Shown here: in pieces, positions 37,829-48,105 of the stretch
Numbering within the stretch: position 1 is the first letter of the stretch
Layout: each line of letters starts with the position of its first letter
Assembly: GCA_043826455.1 (NCBI GenBank)
Contig: JBDRQD010000021.1
Span: 10,181-74,180 of the forward strand
DNA from: Candidatus Bathyarchaeota archaeon
GTDB taxonomy: Archaea; Thermoproteota; Bathyarchaeia; TCS64
Length of the DNA: 64,000 bases
Direction: 5' to 3'
Translations under genes and position numbers: made by a program
Notes under the pieces: model-generated
Databases searched by the model: none
What the model was told of the DNA's origin: nothing
What the model saw: the letters and a program-made list of their open reading frames with translations, nothing else

Positions 37829-38917
37829 TTGCCTAAAGAGTTCATATCGCTGGGCGCAGGGGACCCCGACGCGGAGGCCCCCCAGTACGCCATAAACGAG
37901 GCCCTGCTGGGCATCATCGAGGGTGGCAAGAACACCCACTACCCCCACTACACGGACTACCCGGAGCAGTTCCAGAAGGCCGTGGTGGACTACTATAAGC
38001 GGTTCACTGGCGTCGAGTACGAGCCCGACAACGTGTTGCCTGCGGCGGGGAGCAGCGCAGCCCTATACGTGGCCCTTGCATCGGTTCTTGAGAAGGGTGA
38101 CGAGGTGCTCATGTTCACCCCCTACTACGCTGGCCACAGGACCATCTTCGACGGCATGGGCGTCAAGATGAACATGGCGCCGCTGCACCCTGAGACCAAC
38201 TATCACCTGGATGTGGACGAGGTCGCCGAGTATGTGACCCCCAAAACCAGAGCGGCCCTCATCTGCAACCCGGCCAACCCCACAGGGACAGTGTTTAACG
38301 CAGAGGAGCTGAAGACCATAGGCGACCTGGCCGTGGACCACGACTTCGCCGTGTTCGCCGACGAGATATACCTCCACTTCGTGTACGGGGACAACAAGTT
38401 CGTCTCCATCGCGGGCCTCAGCGACGCCTACAAGGAGCGCACCCTGGGCATCATGAGCTTCAGCAAGAGCTTCAGCATGACAGGGTGGAGGCTGGGTTAC
38501 GACATTGTTCCCGAGAAGTACATGAAGAGGGCGCAGCTTGTCACCAGCTTGGTCGCGCCCAGGCCGGCCACATTCATCTTCAGGGCCGGCACCGCGTGCC
38601 TCCGAGGCGACTTCAAGTACGTGGAGGAGCGACGGAAGGAGTACGAGAAGCGGCGTAACTACTTCTGCAAGGCCGTGGACGACCTAGGTTGGCCGTGCCA
38701 CATGTTCGATGGCGCCTTCTACGCCTGGTTTGACGCCCGAAGCACAGGCCTCGGCTCACAGGAGTTCCTGAAGAAGCTCCGGGAGAGCCAGAACCTGGCC
38801 CTCAGCCCCGGCAACAACTTCGGAGCAGACGGCTTCATAAGGGTGCCCTTGGTAGCCCCTGTGGACACCCTCCGGGAGGTCGTCAAGAGGCTTAAGGCCT
38901 TCAAGGCCAGCCTCTAA
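37829..38917 (+). CDS. PLP-dependent aminotransferase class I/II
   Basis: NPANPTG, DEIY, SFSKSFSMTGWRLG. Confidence 0.95.
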   Translation: MPKEFISLGAGDPDAEAPQYAINEALLGIIEGGKNTHYPHYTDYPEQFQKAVVDYYKRFTGVEYEPDNVLPAAGSSAALYVALASVLEKGDEVLMFTPYYAGHRTIFDGMGVKMNMAPLHPETNYHLDVDEVAEYVTPKTRAALICNPANPTGTVFNAEELKTIGDLAVDHDFAVFADEIYLHFVYGDNKFVSIAGLSDAYKERTLGIMSFSKSFSMTGWRLGYDIVPEKYMKRAQLVTSLVAPRPATFIFRAGTACLRGDFKYVEERRKEYEKRRNYFCKAVDDLGWPCHMFDGAFYAWFDARSTGLGSQEFLKKLRESQNLALSPGNNFGADGFIRVPLVAPVDTLREVVKRLKAFKASL

Positions 38918-38954
38918 CCCCTTTTAAGCAACCTTCTCTATTTCTGAGCAGAGC

Positions 38955-39413
38955 ATGCTACGCAAACGACAGTCCATGAAGCGCCGGGAAGCAAGAGACC
39001 TTCTTGAACAGCTTGGGCGGCTCTTCAAGGTCTCGGGCGTCACGAAGGTGGAGGAGGCCGAGTTCGAGGACAAGAAGGTGTACATCCTCGACGACAGCCC
39101 CGACTTCATTAGGGACGGCAACGGCCTCTACCCCCACCTCAGCAGCGGAAAGGTGAACCTGCTTCCGTCGGTGGTGGTGGACATGGGGGCCATTCCCTAC
39201 GTGTGCAATGGCGCCGACGTCATGGCTCCGGGTATCAAGGAGATGGCGGCCTTTGACGAGGGGGACATCGTCGTCGTGAGGGATATCACCCACAGGAAGG
39301 CCCTGGCCGTGGGTAGAGCCCTCAAGAGTTCAGCCGAGATCGAGGCGTCCAGGAAGGGTAGGGTAATCCAGAACCTCCACTACGTGGGGGATAAGCTGTG
39401 GAAGCTGTCCTAG
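38955..39413 (+). CDS. PUA-domain RNA-binding protein (MCT-1/Tma20-like)
   Basis: VVDMGAIPYVCNGADVMAPGI, HYVGDKLW. Confidence 0.92.
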   Translation: MLRKRQSMKRREARDLLEQLGRLFKVSGVTKVEEAEFEDKKVYILDDSPDFIRDGNGLYPHLSSGKVNLLPSVVVDMGAIPYVCNGADVMAPGIKEMAAFDEGDIVVVRDITHRKALAVGRALKSSAEIEASRKGRVIQNLHYVGDKLWKLS

Positions 39414-39697
39414 AGGCCCCTGAGGAACTGGCTCTGGGGCAGGTAGATGATGAACGCTATCACGGCCGTGGATATGAAGGTGAGTATGAAAAGCCACATG
39501 CTCCAGTTGAACACCTTCCACCAGAAACCGTACTTCTCGACGCCCCTCCTGTAGCTCTTCTCATAGGCTATTATAGCCTCCTTCATTGCCTTGGGGGAGC
39601 CTCTTATCTTGCTTGGTAGGCCGCGTAATTTCCTAGGCAAGTCTTTCAGGGATTCACGTAGTTTCCCCATCCGTTCGCGGAGGTCCACTGGCATCAT
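39410..39697 (-). CDS. Hypothetical single-TM protein
   Basis: Basic N-terminus plus one TM helix. Confidence 0.55.
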   Translation of the reverse strand: MMPVDLRERMGKLRESLKDLPRKLRGLPSKIRGSPKAMKEAIIAYEKSYRRGVEKYGFWWKVFNWSMWLFILTFISTAVIAFIIYLPQSQFLRGL

Positions 39698-39797
39698 CTG
39701 TAATTTGATGAATAAGTCTATATTCTTTGGGGCTGCCGGTGATCGGAAGCTTTAAAACAATGAATGAAATAAACCTCATATGAGAAATGTTTCATAG

Positions 39798-40502
39798 GTG
39801 GTTGGCTTGGTGAAGAGAAAGATAGTGCAGATAGACGAGGAAAAGTGCAACGGCTGCGGCCAGTGCATCCCCAACTGCGCCGAGGGCGCCCTCAAGATTA
39901 TAGACGGTAAGGCTAGAATCGTCAGCGACGTGTACTGCGACGGCCTGGGCGCCTGCCTCGGCCACTGCCCCATGGACGCCATCAGCATCAATGAGAGGGA
40001 GGCCCCCGAGTTCGACGAGGAGGCCGTCCACCAGCACCTGAAGAGCCAGGAGACCCTAGCCTGCACCTGCCCCACCTCACAGGTTATGAGCCTGGAGGCC
40101 GAGGAGCGCGAATCTGCCCCGGAGCCCCAGGCTTCCAGTCTACGCCACTGGCCCATCCAGCTGAACCTGGTCCCCGTGAAGGCCCCCTTCTTCGAGGACG
40201 CCGACCTGCTCCTCATGGCCGACTGCGTAGCCGTGGCCCACCCGGGCCTCCACGCCACGCTCCTCAAGGATAGGACTGTTTTGATTGGCTGCCCCAAGTT
40301 CGACGACGCCAGGGGCTACGTGTCGAAGCTCGCGGAGATACTGCGCCGTAACCAGGTGCGCAGCCTGACGGTGGCCCACATGGAGGTGCCCTGCTGCAGC
40401 GGCCTGGAGAGGATCGCAGAGCTTGCCCTCAGGGCCTCGGGGAAGATGATACCCACCCAGAGGCTGATAGTGTCGGTGAAGGGCGAGGTAACGCGGGCCT
40501 AG
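39798..40502 (+). CDS. Fe-S cluster-binding oxidoreductase (2x4Fe-4S N-terminus)
   Basis: CNGCGQC...C, CDGLGAC.GHCP, WPIQL, GCPKFD, MEVPCC. Confidence 0.9.
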   Translation: MVGLVKRKIVQIDEEKCNGCGQCIPNCAEGALKIIDGKARIVSDVYCDGLGACLGHCPMDAISINEREAPEFDEEAVHQHLKSQETLACTCPTSQVMSLEAEERESAPEPQASSLRHWPIQLNLVPVKAPFFEDADLLLMADCVAVAHPGLHATLLKDRTVLIGCPKFDDARGYVSKLAEILRRNQVRSLTVAHMEVPCCSGLERIAELALRASGKMIPTQRLIVSVKGEVTRA

Positions 40503-40576
40503 GCCCCCTGATCCCGGTTTTCACATAAACTTTAAGAGGAATCAGCGTTTCCTTACGATGATTCGGTGAACATTAC

Positions 40577-41725
40577 ATGGGTATGCTTGACGATATCCGC
40601 ATCGTAGACTTCACGCACGTGTACTTCGGGCCCTACTCCACCATGATCATGGCGGACATGGGGGCCGAGGTCATCAAGATCGAGCCCCCGTGGGGTGAGA
40701 TGACGCGCCTCAGCCCGCCTCACTTCGGGGGCGTCAGCAGCACCTTCCACTATCTGGATAGGAACAAGAAGGGGATAGCCCTTAACCTGAAGGACCCCAA
40801 AGCCATGGATATTGTGAAGGAGCTCATCAAGCAGTCTGATGTAGTGATAGAGAACTTCAAGAGAGGCACTATGGAGAAGCTGGGCCTCGGCTACGAGGAC
40901 GTGAAGAAGATCAACCCCAGGATCATCTACGCCAGCCTCAGCGGCTTCGGCCTGGACGGCCCCTACAAGGATCGGCCCAGCTTCGCGCCCATCGCGGGCA
41001 GCTACTGCGGCTGGTACAGGCTCACCGGGGACATCGTGGACCCCCAGGGGCCCCCGATAAGGCCGGCTGAGTGGCACGGTGATTTGGACCCCGGCCTCTG
41101 GGCCGTTATAGGCGTTCTGGGTGCTCTCCGCCACAGGGATAAGACGGGTGAGGGGCAGCTGGTGGACGTGTCTCAGCTGGACGTGATGATGGCTCAGACA
41201 GGCGTAGCCATCGTCGGGTACACGCTTACCGGCAAGCTGCCCTGGCAGCGCCAGGCTGATAGGCTCCCCGGTCCCCAGACCTTCGGGATGTTCAAGGCCA
41301 AGGACGGGTACGTGTACATCGCCGCAGACCCCCAGATGCATCAGAAGCTCATGGCAGCCATGGGCGTGGACGACCTGGGAGAGGGCGCCGAGGTCATGGA
41401 GGCTTGGGTCAAGGACAAGACTGTGGACGAGATCGTGGAGACCCTGAAGGACGCCTGCCCCGTGGCGCCTGTGCAGAACATCGACAAGGCCGTCGAGGAC
41501 CCCCAGGTCAAGCACAGGGGCACCATGATAGAGTTGGAGCACAGCAAGGCCGGGAAGGTTAGGATGCCCGGGTTCCCCCTGAAGATGGAGAAGACGCCGG
41601 CCACCATCACGATGGCCGCGCCCCTCTTGGGGGAGCACACGGCCCAGGTGCTCAAGGAGCTCCTAGGCTACTCTGACGAGAAGATAGATGAGCTCAGGAA
41701 GAGCGGCACCGTCGTCCTGGCCTAA
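40577..41725 (+). CDS. CoA-transferase family III (CaiB/BaiF)
   Basis: GAEVIKIEPP, RNKK, DVVIENF, APLLGEHT. Confidence 0.95.
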   Translation: MGMLDDIRIVDFTHVYFGPYSTMIMADMGAEVIKIEPPWGEMTRLSPPHFGGVSSTFHYLDRNKKGIALNLKDPKAMDIVKELIKQSDVVIENFKRGTMEKLGLGYEDVKKINPRIIYASLSGFGLDGPYKDRPSFAPIAGSYCGWYRLTGDIVDPQGPPIRPAEWHGDLDPGLWAVIGVLGALRHRDKTGEGQLVDVSQLDVMMAQTGVAIVGYTLTGKLPWQRQADRLPGPQTFGMFKAKDGYVYIAADPQMHQKLMAAMGVDDLGEGAEVMEAWVKDKTVDEIVETLKDACPVAPVQNIDKAVEDPQVKHRGTMIELEHSKAGKVRMPGFPLKMEKTPATITMAAPLLGEHTAQVLKELLGYSDEKIDELRKSGTVVLA

Positions 41726-41771
41726 ACCACCCCTTTAATATTCTCTTGCTCCTTTCATCAATTGATACAGT

Positions 41772-42443
41772 TTGCCCAGTTTCTCTGACCAGCGCAGGGC
41801 CATGGTGGAACGGTATAGGAGGGCCGGCTACCTCACCACCGGGGCCATGGCGGAGGCCATGCTCAGGGTGCCCAGGGAGGAGTTCATGGACCCCTCCAGC
41901 CGCGAGTACGCCTACTATGATCAGCCTTTTCCCATCCCGGGGGACGGCAGGCAGACCATCTCGGCCCCCTACATGTACCCCGCCACCTATGAGCCGCTGA
42001 AGCTGGCGCCGGGCATGAAGGTGCTGGAGATCGGTGCGGGCTCAGGTTACGGCGCCGCCCTTGCCCGGGAGCTGGTTGGGGAGGATGGCTTAGTTGTGGC
42101 GGTGGAGATCAATCAGAGAACATGCGAGTTCGCTGAGGAGAACCTGCGGCGGACCGGGTACAAGGACGTCGTGGTGGTCCTAGGGGACGGGTCCCTGGGG
42201 TACCCTGAGAAGGCGCCCTATGACGCCATAAGCGTCACCGCCTCGACGCCCAGGGTCCCCCCGCCACTACTGGAGCAGCTTGCCAGCCCCGGGAGACTGG
42301 TGGCCCCCGTGGGGGGCGAGGGATTCTACGGCCAGGACCTTCTGCTGGTGGAGAGGAGCCAGGCGGGTGAACTCTCCGAGAGGAGCCTCATGAAGGTGGT
42401 GTACGTGCCCCTCCTTGGGGAGCACGGGTGGCGGAGACGCTGA
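41772..42443 (+). CDS. pcm: Protein-L-isoaspartate O-methyltransferase
   Basis: VPREEF, QTISAP, LEIGAGSGY, GDGSLG, YVPL. Confidence 0.95.
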   Translation: MPSFSDQRRAMVERYRRAGYLTTGAMAEAMLRVPREEFMDPSSREYAYYDQPFPIPGDGRQTISAPYMYPATYEPLKLAPGMKVLEIGAGSGYGAALARELVGEDGLVVAVEINQRTCEFAEENLRRTGYKDVVVVLGDGSLGYPEKAPYDAISVTASTPRVPPPLLEQLASPGRLVAPVGGEGFYGQDLLLVERSQAGELSERSLMKVVYVPLLGEHGWRRR

Positions 42444-42488
42444 GGGGTACAGTATTTAAGAGCCTCAAGCCAACACAAAGGGGATAGT

Positions 42489-43325
42489 ATGAAGGCGGGC
42501 ATAGTCTCTCGGACCGACATCCCCAGCGCAGTGACGGTGACCAGACGCATCATGGACTACCTTGATTCCTGTGGGGTGGACGTGTGCGTGGAGACGGACA
42601 CGGCTCTAGCCATGGAGCTCACCGAGGGCAACTCGGAGCTCTCCGAGATGGACTGCGACTTCATGGTGACCGTCGGCGGCGACGGAACCATCCTGCGGGC
42701 CGCCATGGAGATGAAGGACCCCGGGACCCCCATCCTGGGCGTCAACATGGGGCGCCGAGGCTTCCTCAGCGAGGTGCTGGTGCCCGAGGCCGAGTGGGGC
42801 CTTGACAAGGTGCTGAAGGGAGACTACTTCCTGGAGGAGAGCATGAAGGTTAGCGGCAGGTGCCTGGAGATGGAGGACAGCTTCCCCGACGCCCTCAACG
42901 AGGTGCTGGTGGCGCCGCCCCTCCCCAGCAAGATGATCATCATGGGCCTCTCGGTGGACGGTGAGCACATCACTGACATCCAGGCCGACGGCGCCATGGT
43001 GGCCACGCCCGCAGGGTCCACCGCCTACAACATGTCTGCGGGGGGCAGCATCGTGTCCCCCGAGCTGGACTCCCTGCTGCTTACAGCCATATGCCCCTAC
43101 AGCTACTTCAGGAGCTTGATAATCCCCCCGAAGTCGGTGGTCACCATAGAGCTGCTGAAGCCCCGGTCCGAGGCCCTGGTCATCGTGGACGGCCGCGCCT
43201 ACGTGCCCCTCAAGCCCATGTCCACCATCGAGTGCAGGGTGAGCCCCAACAGGACCCGGTTCATAAGGTTCAGGAGCTTCTACAGCAGGATCCAGAAGAG
43301 GATTATGACCCTCCAGTCTACGTGA
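42489..43325 (+). CDS. nadK: NAD kinase
   Basis: GGDGTIL, LNE, DG..VATP.GSTAY..SAGG. Confidence 0.95.
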   Translation: MKAGIVSRTDIPSAVTVTRRIMDYLDSCGVDVCVETDTALAMELTEGNSELSEMDCDFMVTVGGDGTILRAAMEMKDPGTPILGVNMGRRGFLSEVLVPEAEWGLDKVLKGDYFLEESMKVSGRCLEMEDSFPDALNEVLVAPPLPSKMIIMGLSVDGEHITDIQADGAMVATPAGSTAYNMSAGGSIVSPELDSLLLTAICPYSYFRSLIIPPKSVVTIELLKPRSEALVIVDGRAYVPLKPMSTIECRVSPNRTRFIRFRSFYSRIQKRIMTLQST

Positions 43326-43855
43326 GAACGTTGAAGGCCCTAGTCCTCGACGCCTCTGCCCTGATCCAGGGGTTTAACCCGGGTGCCAGTGGGCAGGCTT
43401 ACACTGTCCCGGCGGTGCTGGACGAGATCAGAGAAGAGATTACCCGCATCAGGGTTGAGGCTCTCATCGAGGGAGGTAGGATCACAGTGAGGACGCCAGA
43501 AGAGGCGAGCAGAGCCAGGCTGGAGGAGGAGGCCGCCGCGATGGGCGAATCCAGGGCCTTATCCTCCGCCGACAAGCAAGTGCTCTCACTGGCCCTACAG
43601 TTGGCATCCGAGGGCCTGGCTCCCGTGGTGGTCTCGGACGACTACTCGGTACAGAACATGGCCGACCACCTGGGCCTACCCTACATGAGCCTGGCAGTGG
43701 GCGGCATCAAGAAGCAGTTCAGGTGGGTTACCTACTGCCCCGGGTGCCGGCGGAGCTTCGACGAGCCTCAGGAGGAGAACACGTGCCCCGTCTGCGGAAC
43801 CACGCTGAAGAAGAGGCCGGTTGACGGCAGGAGGGCTAGGCGAGGCGAGGGATAA
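43322..43855 (+). CDS. nob1: Nob1-like PIN endonuclease with Zn ribbon
   Basis: LDASA, LSSAD, SDDY..QN, CPGC..CPVCG; GTG overlaps the nadK stop. Confidence 0.9.
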   Translation: MRTLKALVLDASALIQGFNPGASGQAYTVPAVLDEIREEITRIRVEALIEGGRITVRTPEEASRARLEEEAAAMGESRALSSADKQVLSLALQLASEGLAPVVVSDDYSVQNMADHLGLPYMSLAVGGIKKQFRWVTYCPGCRRSFDEPQEENTCPVCGTTLKKRPVDGRRARRGEG

Positions 43856-43892
43856 ACTTCCCCGAGCCTTTCTCAGCTAGGACCTGGTCTAG

Positions 43893-44570
43893 TCAAGCTC
43901 CTGCGAAGTGCTCGTTGTATCCCTCAACGATGAGTCGTTTCACCTCGTCTGGGTACTCGACGATGAGCCTGCGCCTGTGCTCGTCCACAAGCTTGTTCCC
44001 CATGGAGAGCTGGTAGCCTGCGTCCCAGACGGCGTCAAGGAAGTCAGCAAGGTATCGTCGCCCTTCATCCTGGAACAGCATCTGGGCAGCCGGTAGGAAA
44101 ATGTGGGTGGCGCCAGGGAAGAGGCCCTCCGCCTGCCTGAAGTTGACTAGGTCGGGGAACCCGCAGACGGCGGCGAGGACGGTGTGGGTGGTCTTCTTGT
44201 AGCGTCTCGGGTGGTGGGTCTCACCGTCCTGAACGTACATGTCGGGCAGGTTCATGGGCAGGGTTCTCTCCCTCATGCGCTGGAGGTAGTGGACAATGTT
44301 GTAGTGGTATATGGGGGTGCCCAGGTAGATGATGTCGGCGTCCGCCATCCTGGGGATGACCCAGTCCATGTCGTCCCTGTGGACGCACTGGCCGGGGGTC
44401 TTCCACCAGCAGCTGAAGCAGCCCTTGCAGCCGTTGATCATGAGGTCGGTGACGTAGTGGCGCTCGACATCTGCGCCGGCCACCTTGGCCCCCTCGATGA
44501 ACCTGTTCATGATGACCTCGGTGGCGCCGCCGGTCTTCCTGGGGCTGGCGTTGAAGGCGAGAAGCTTCAA
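43893..44570 (-). CDS. Flavodoxin-family iron-sulfur flavoprotein
   Basis: SPRK..T, CKGCFSCW....C...DDM, GTPIY. Confidence 0.9.
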   Translation of the reverse strand: MKLLAFNASPRKTGGATEVIMNRFIEGAKVAGADVERHYVTDLMINGCKGCFSCWWKTPGQCVHRDDMDWVIPRMADADIIYLGTPIYHYNIVHYLQRMRERTLPMNLPDMYVQDGETHHPRRYKKTTHTVLAAVCGFPDLVNFRQAEGLFPGATHIFLPAAQMLFQDEGRRYLADFLDAVWDAGYQLSMGNKLVDEHRRRLIVEYPDEVKRLIVEGYNEHFAGA

Positions 44571-44660
44571 CTCACATCACGTATCTATACAAAAGCCTCT
44601 CTGTAAGTTTTTCCCTGGCTCATACGATTTTTAAGCTGGTCCGCGTTCTAGGCTTGGAAG

Positions 44661-45401
44661 GTGTGGAAGCCAGTGTACGCCATACAGGCTAGGGAGCTCA
44701 CCAAGTACTTCGGGAGGACGGAGGCCCTCCGAGGCGCCAGCTTCACCGTGGACGAGAACGAGATATACGGCCTCATAGGGCCCAACGGGGCGGGGAAGAC
44801 GACGGCTCTCAGGATTTTCAGCACTCTCATCAGCGCATCGTCGGGCTCCGCCCAGGTCTTCGGATTAGACGTGGCGAGGCAGCCGGAGAAGGTGCGGGAG
44901 ATTCTCAGCTACCTGCCCGAGGAGGCCGGGGCGTACCAGTATTTGAGCGGCCTGGAGTTCCTGGAGTTCATGGCCGGCTTCTACTCCAGCAACAAGACAG
45001 ATATGCAGAGGATCGTGGAAGAGGGTAAGAGGATCAGCGGCCTGGGTGACCGCCTCCAGGACAGGGTGAACGGTTACAGCAAGGGGATGAAGAGGAGGCT
45101 CCTCATCGCTAGGGCGTTGATGATGAAGCCCAGGCTGGCCATCCTAGACGAGCCGACGAGTGGCCTGGACGTGACCCAGAGCATCCATGTCCGAAACATG
45201 ATCCGGGAGTACGCGGATAGAGCGGGGGTGACCGTGCTGCTGTCCAGCCACAACATGCTGGAGGTGGAGTACCTGTGCAGCAAGGTGGCCCTCATCAGCA
45301 ACGGCGTGGTCATGGTCGAAGGGTCTCCTGATGAGCTCCGGAACAGGTACGGGGTTAAGAACTTGGAGGAGGTCTTTATGGAGGTGACTCGCAGTGCGTA
45401 A
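44661..45401 (+). CDS. ABC exporter ATP-binding subunit
   Basis: GPNGAGKT, YSKGM, ILDEPT, SSH. Confidence 0.95.
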   Translation: MWKPVYAIQARELTKYFGRTEALRGASFTVDENEIYGLIGPNGAGKTTALRIFSTLISASSGSAQVFGLDVARQPEKVREILSYLPEEAGAYQYLSGLEFLEFMAGFYSSNKTDMQRIVEEGKRISGLGDRLQDRVNGYSKGMKRRLLIARALMMKPRLAILDEPTSGLDVTQSIHVRNMIREYADRAGVTVLLSSHNMLEVEYLCSKVALISNGVVMVEGSPDELRNRYGVKNLEEVFMEVTRSA

Positions 45402-46704
45402 CCTGATCGCCATAATCGTCAAGGAGGTGAAGGAGCTGGTGAGGGACCCCAAGATACTGATAGGTGTGATCCTGATGCCTATCATCATCTTCCCCATCAT
45501 GGGGTCGGCCATTCAGATCAGCCAGGAGTCCGTGGAGAGGGCCATCATGGGGGCAAGCTTCGCCGTCTATACAGACGACGAGGGCTTCGTCACAGACGCC
45601 TTGCTCAGCTACCTCTATAACAACAACACGGTGGTGCCCATTGATGCTGGCAGCCTGGAGGAGGCGCTCATCAGCTTCAAGGAGACGGACAGCTCGGCCA
45701 TGATCTACATCCCCAGCGGCTACAACGATAACGTAACCCTGGGCCAGAAGGGGGTGCTGAGGGTTTATGCTAACCTCAGGAAGCTGAACATGGCTGAGAC
45801 CCAGAGCACCAACGTGGTGAGCAGCCTCATCACCGTCTACAACTACTACTTCAGCATCAGCAAGATCAGGAACCTGCTGGCCCAGACGGGCAGCATGGGG
45901 ACCCCGGAGGCAGTGAGGAGCCCCATAGAGATTCGTTACGCGTCCATACTGAAGGGGAACGTGCTGGACATACCGCCCAACGCCATCTTCAGCCTGGTCA
46001 TGGGGCAGAGCATCATGCTGCCCATCATGGTGATGATGATGGTCATATTCGCCATCCAGATGGCCGCCACCAGCATCGCCCTGGAGAAGGAGCAGAAGAC
46101 CCTGGAGACGCTTATGACGCTGCCGGTGAGCAGGCTCACCATCCTGGCCGGGAAGCTGAGCGGGAGCATAGTGATAGCCTTAGCCGGGGCTGTGAGCTAC
46201 CTCATAGGCTTCGGGTTCTACATGAACGCGGCGTTCAGCTTCGTCCCGGAGGCCACCACCATGAACATCAGCGACGTGGACATTAGTATCACGCCCTTCG
46301 GCATGGTGCTGGTGGGGGTGGTCATCTTCGTGACCCTGGTCTCGGCTCTGGCCATGGCCCTGAGCGTGGCGGTGTTCGCCGACAACGTGAGGAGCGCCCA
46401 GAGCTTCACGGGGGTGCTCATCACGCCCATCATGATCCCGGCCGTCGTGCTCATGTTCAGCGACATTGAGATGCTGCCCCAGAGCGTCCAGTGGATTATG
46501 CTTGTGATTCCTTACACCCACAGCATCATTGCGACGAAGGCGGCGTTCCTGGCCGACTACGTGGTGGTGGTGCGCAGCATCCTGTTCATCAGCGTCTGGA
46601 CGCTGGCTGTGCTCTACGTGGCGGCCAAGATTTTCAGTACGGAGCGCATAATTACGGCCAGGTTCACCCTGGGAGACTTCGGGAGACGGTTCAAACGTAA
46701 GTGA
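45394..46704 (+). CDS. ABC-2 type permease (NatB-like)
   Basis: KEVKELVRD, EKEQKTLETL..P, GK motif, about 6 TM helices. Confidence 0.92.
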   Translation: MRNLIAIIVKEVKELVRDPKILIGVILMPIIIFPIMGSAIQISQESVERAIMGASFAVYTDDEGFVTDALLSYLYNNNTVVPIDAGSLEEALISFKETDSSAMIYIPSGYNDNVTLGQKGVLRVYANLRKLNMAETQSTNVVSSLITVYNYYFSISKIRNLLAQTGSMGTPEAVRSPIEIRYASILKGNVLDIPPNAIFSLVMGQSIMLPIMVMMMVIFAIQMAATSIALEKEQKTLETLMTLPVSRLTILAGKLSGSIVIALAGAVSYLIGFGFYMNAAFSFVPEATTMNISDVDISITPFGMVLVGVVIFVTLVSALAMALSVAVFADNVRSAQSFTGVLITPIMIPAVVLMFSDIEMLPQSVQWIMLVIPYTHSIIATKAAFLADYVVVVRSILFISVWTLAVLYVAAKIFSTERIITARFTLGDFGRRFKRK

Positions 46705-46715
46705 CTTTTCCTCTC

Positions 46716-47831
46716 TTATTCTAGCTCTCTTATCTCGATGCTTGTCATGGACGTGATGGCCTCGAAGAAGGGCTCATCCTCCTCGGTGACGAGGGTGACC
46801 GAGGTCCCCTTCTCCTCCATGCGGCCCGTGCGGCCCACCCTGTGGAAGTAGACCTCCGGGTCCTGGGGGACCTCGTAGTTGAAGATGTGGCTCACGCCCT
46901 GGATGTCCAGGCCCCTACCGGCCACGTCGGTGGCCACTATGTACTTGAGGGTCCTGAGCTTGAAGGCCTCCAGGACCTGCCTTCTCTTGGACTGGGAGTG
47001 TTTTCCGTGGATGACCTCCATGGGGACCCCTGCCTCGGTCAGTTTCTGGGCCAGCTCGTCCGCGGACTCCCGGGTGTTGCAGAAGATGACTGCCTGGTCT
47101 ATGTCTCTGCCGCGGATTAACTCCATGAGCCTCTGGAGCTTCTCATCCGGCTCCACCCTGACGTAGTACTGGTCCACCAGGGGCTGGGCCACCTCATCCC
47201 GAGACAGGAGCACCTCCTGGGGGCTCACCATGTAGCGCCGGGCGTACCCTATTACATCGTCGCTAAGGGTGGCGGACCACATACTGGTCTGGCGGACGAA
47301 GGGGGTCCTAGAAAGGATGAACCCCACGTCGTCGACGAAGCCCATCTCCAGCATCTTGTCGGCCTCGTCCACCACGGCAACCTTCACGTGGCGGAGTTCG
47401 ACGACCCGCCTCTTGATGAGGTGTATAAGCCGGCCGGGGGTGCCCACCAGCACATGGGCGCCCTCCTCCAGCCGGGTGATCTGTTTGATGATGTTCTCGC
47501 CGCCGTAGACTACCTGGACCTTGACGCCGGTGTACCGGGCGAACCGTCGGATCATCAATGCGACCTGCTGGGCCAGCTCCCTGGTGGGGGCTATGACCAA
47601 GCCCTGTATATGCTCCTCTGATGCGTCCATCTTCATCACGAGGGGTACGCCGAAAGCCGCCGTCTTGCCGGTGCCCGTCTGGGCCTGCCCTATCACGTCC
47701 ATCCCGTCCAGGAGGAGGGGCATGGCCTTGGCCTGTATGGGGGTGAGCTCCTTGAACCTGAGCTTCCTGAGCCCCTTCAGCACCTCCTGGCTCAGGGGAA
47801 GGTCCTTAAAACTTGTCTTGTCTGCGATCAT
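46716..47831 (-). CDS. DEAD-box RNA helicase (core only)
   Basis: Q motif, AQTGTGKT, PTRELA, TPGR, DEAD, SAT, HRVGRTGR. Confidence 0.96.
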   Translation of the reverse strand: MIADKTSFKDLPLSQEVLKGLRKLRFKELTPIQAKAMPLLLDGMDVIGQAQTGTGKTAAFGVPLVMKMDASEEHIQGLVIAPTRELAQQVALMIRRFARYTGVKVQVVYGGENIIKQITRLEEGAHVLVGTPGRLIHLIKRRVVELRHVKVAVVDEADKMLEMGFVDDVGFILSRTPFVRQTSMWSATLSDDVIGYARRYMVSPQEVLLSRDEVAQPLVDQYYVRVEPDEKLQRLMELIRGRDIDQAVIFCNTRESADELAQKLTEAGVPMEVIHGKHSQSKRRQVLEAFKLRTLKYIVATDVAGRGLDIQGVSHIFNYEVPQDPEVYFHRVGRTGRMEEKGTSVTLVTEEDEPFFEAITSMTSIEIRELE

Positions 47832-47931
47832 ACAGGCCCTGTACCGATTTACATAAGATCGACTGATAAAGAGTCTGGTAAAGTGTGTCAACGGTGAAAA
47901 ATGCTGCGTCGAAGGTTAAAGACGGGGTGTA

Positions 47932-48105
47932 TTAGCGGCGGCGGCGTCTATTGTATTCGTCTCTCGGCTTGTAGACGATCCGGGTCATGTAGTTTTGTTT
48001 GTTGCGCCTCAGGGGACTGGGGCTCTTCGAGATGTTGGTGGTCTCGATCTTCGGGGTCTGGGCTCTCACCTTCCCAGCCTTTGTCAGGGAGCCGTGTGTT
48101 GGCAT
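47932..48105 (-). CDS. rps30e: 30S ribosomal protein eS30, not in ORF track
   Basis: [20 protein letters not shown]...RNKQNY..R, 57 aa; TAATG overlap with csp. Confidence 0.93.
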   Translation of the reverse strand: MPTHGSLTKAGKVRAQTPKIETTNISKSPSPLRRNKQNYMTRIVYKPRDEYNRRRRR

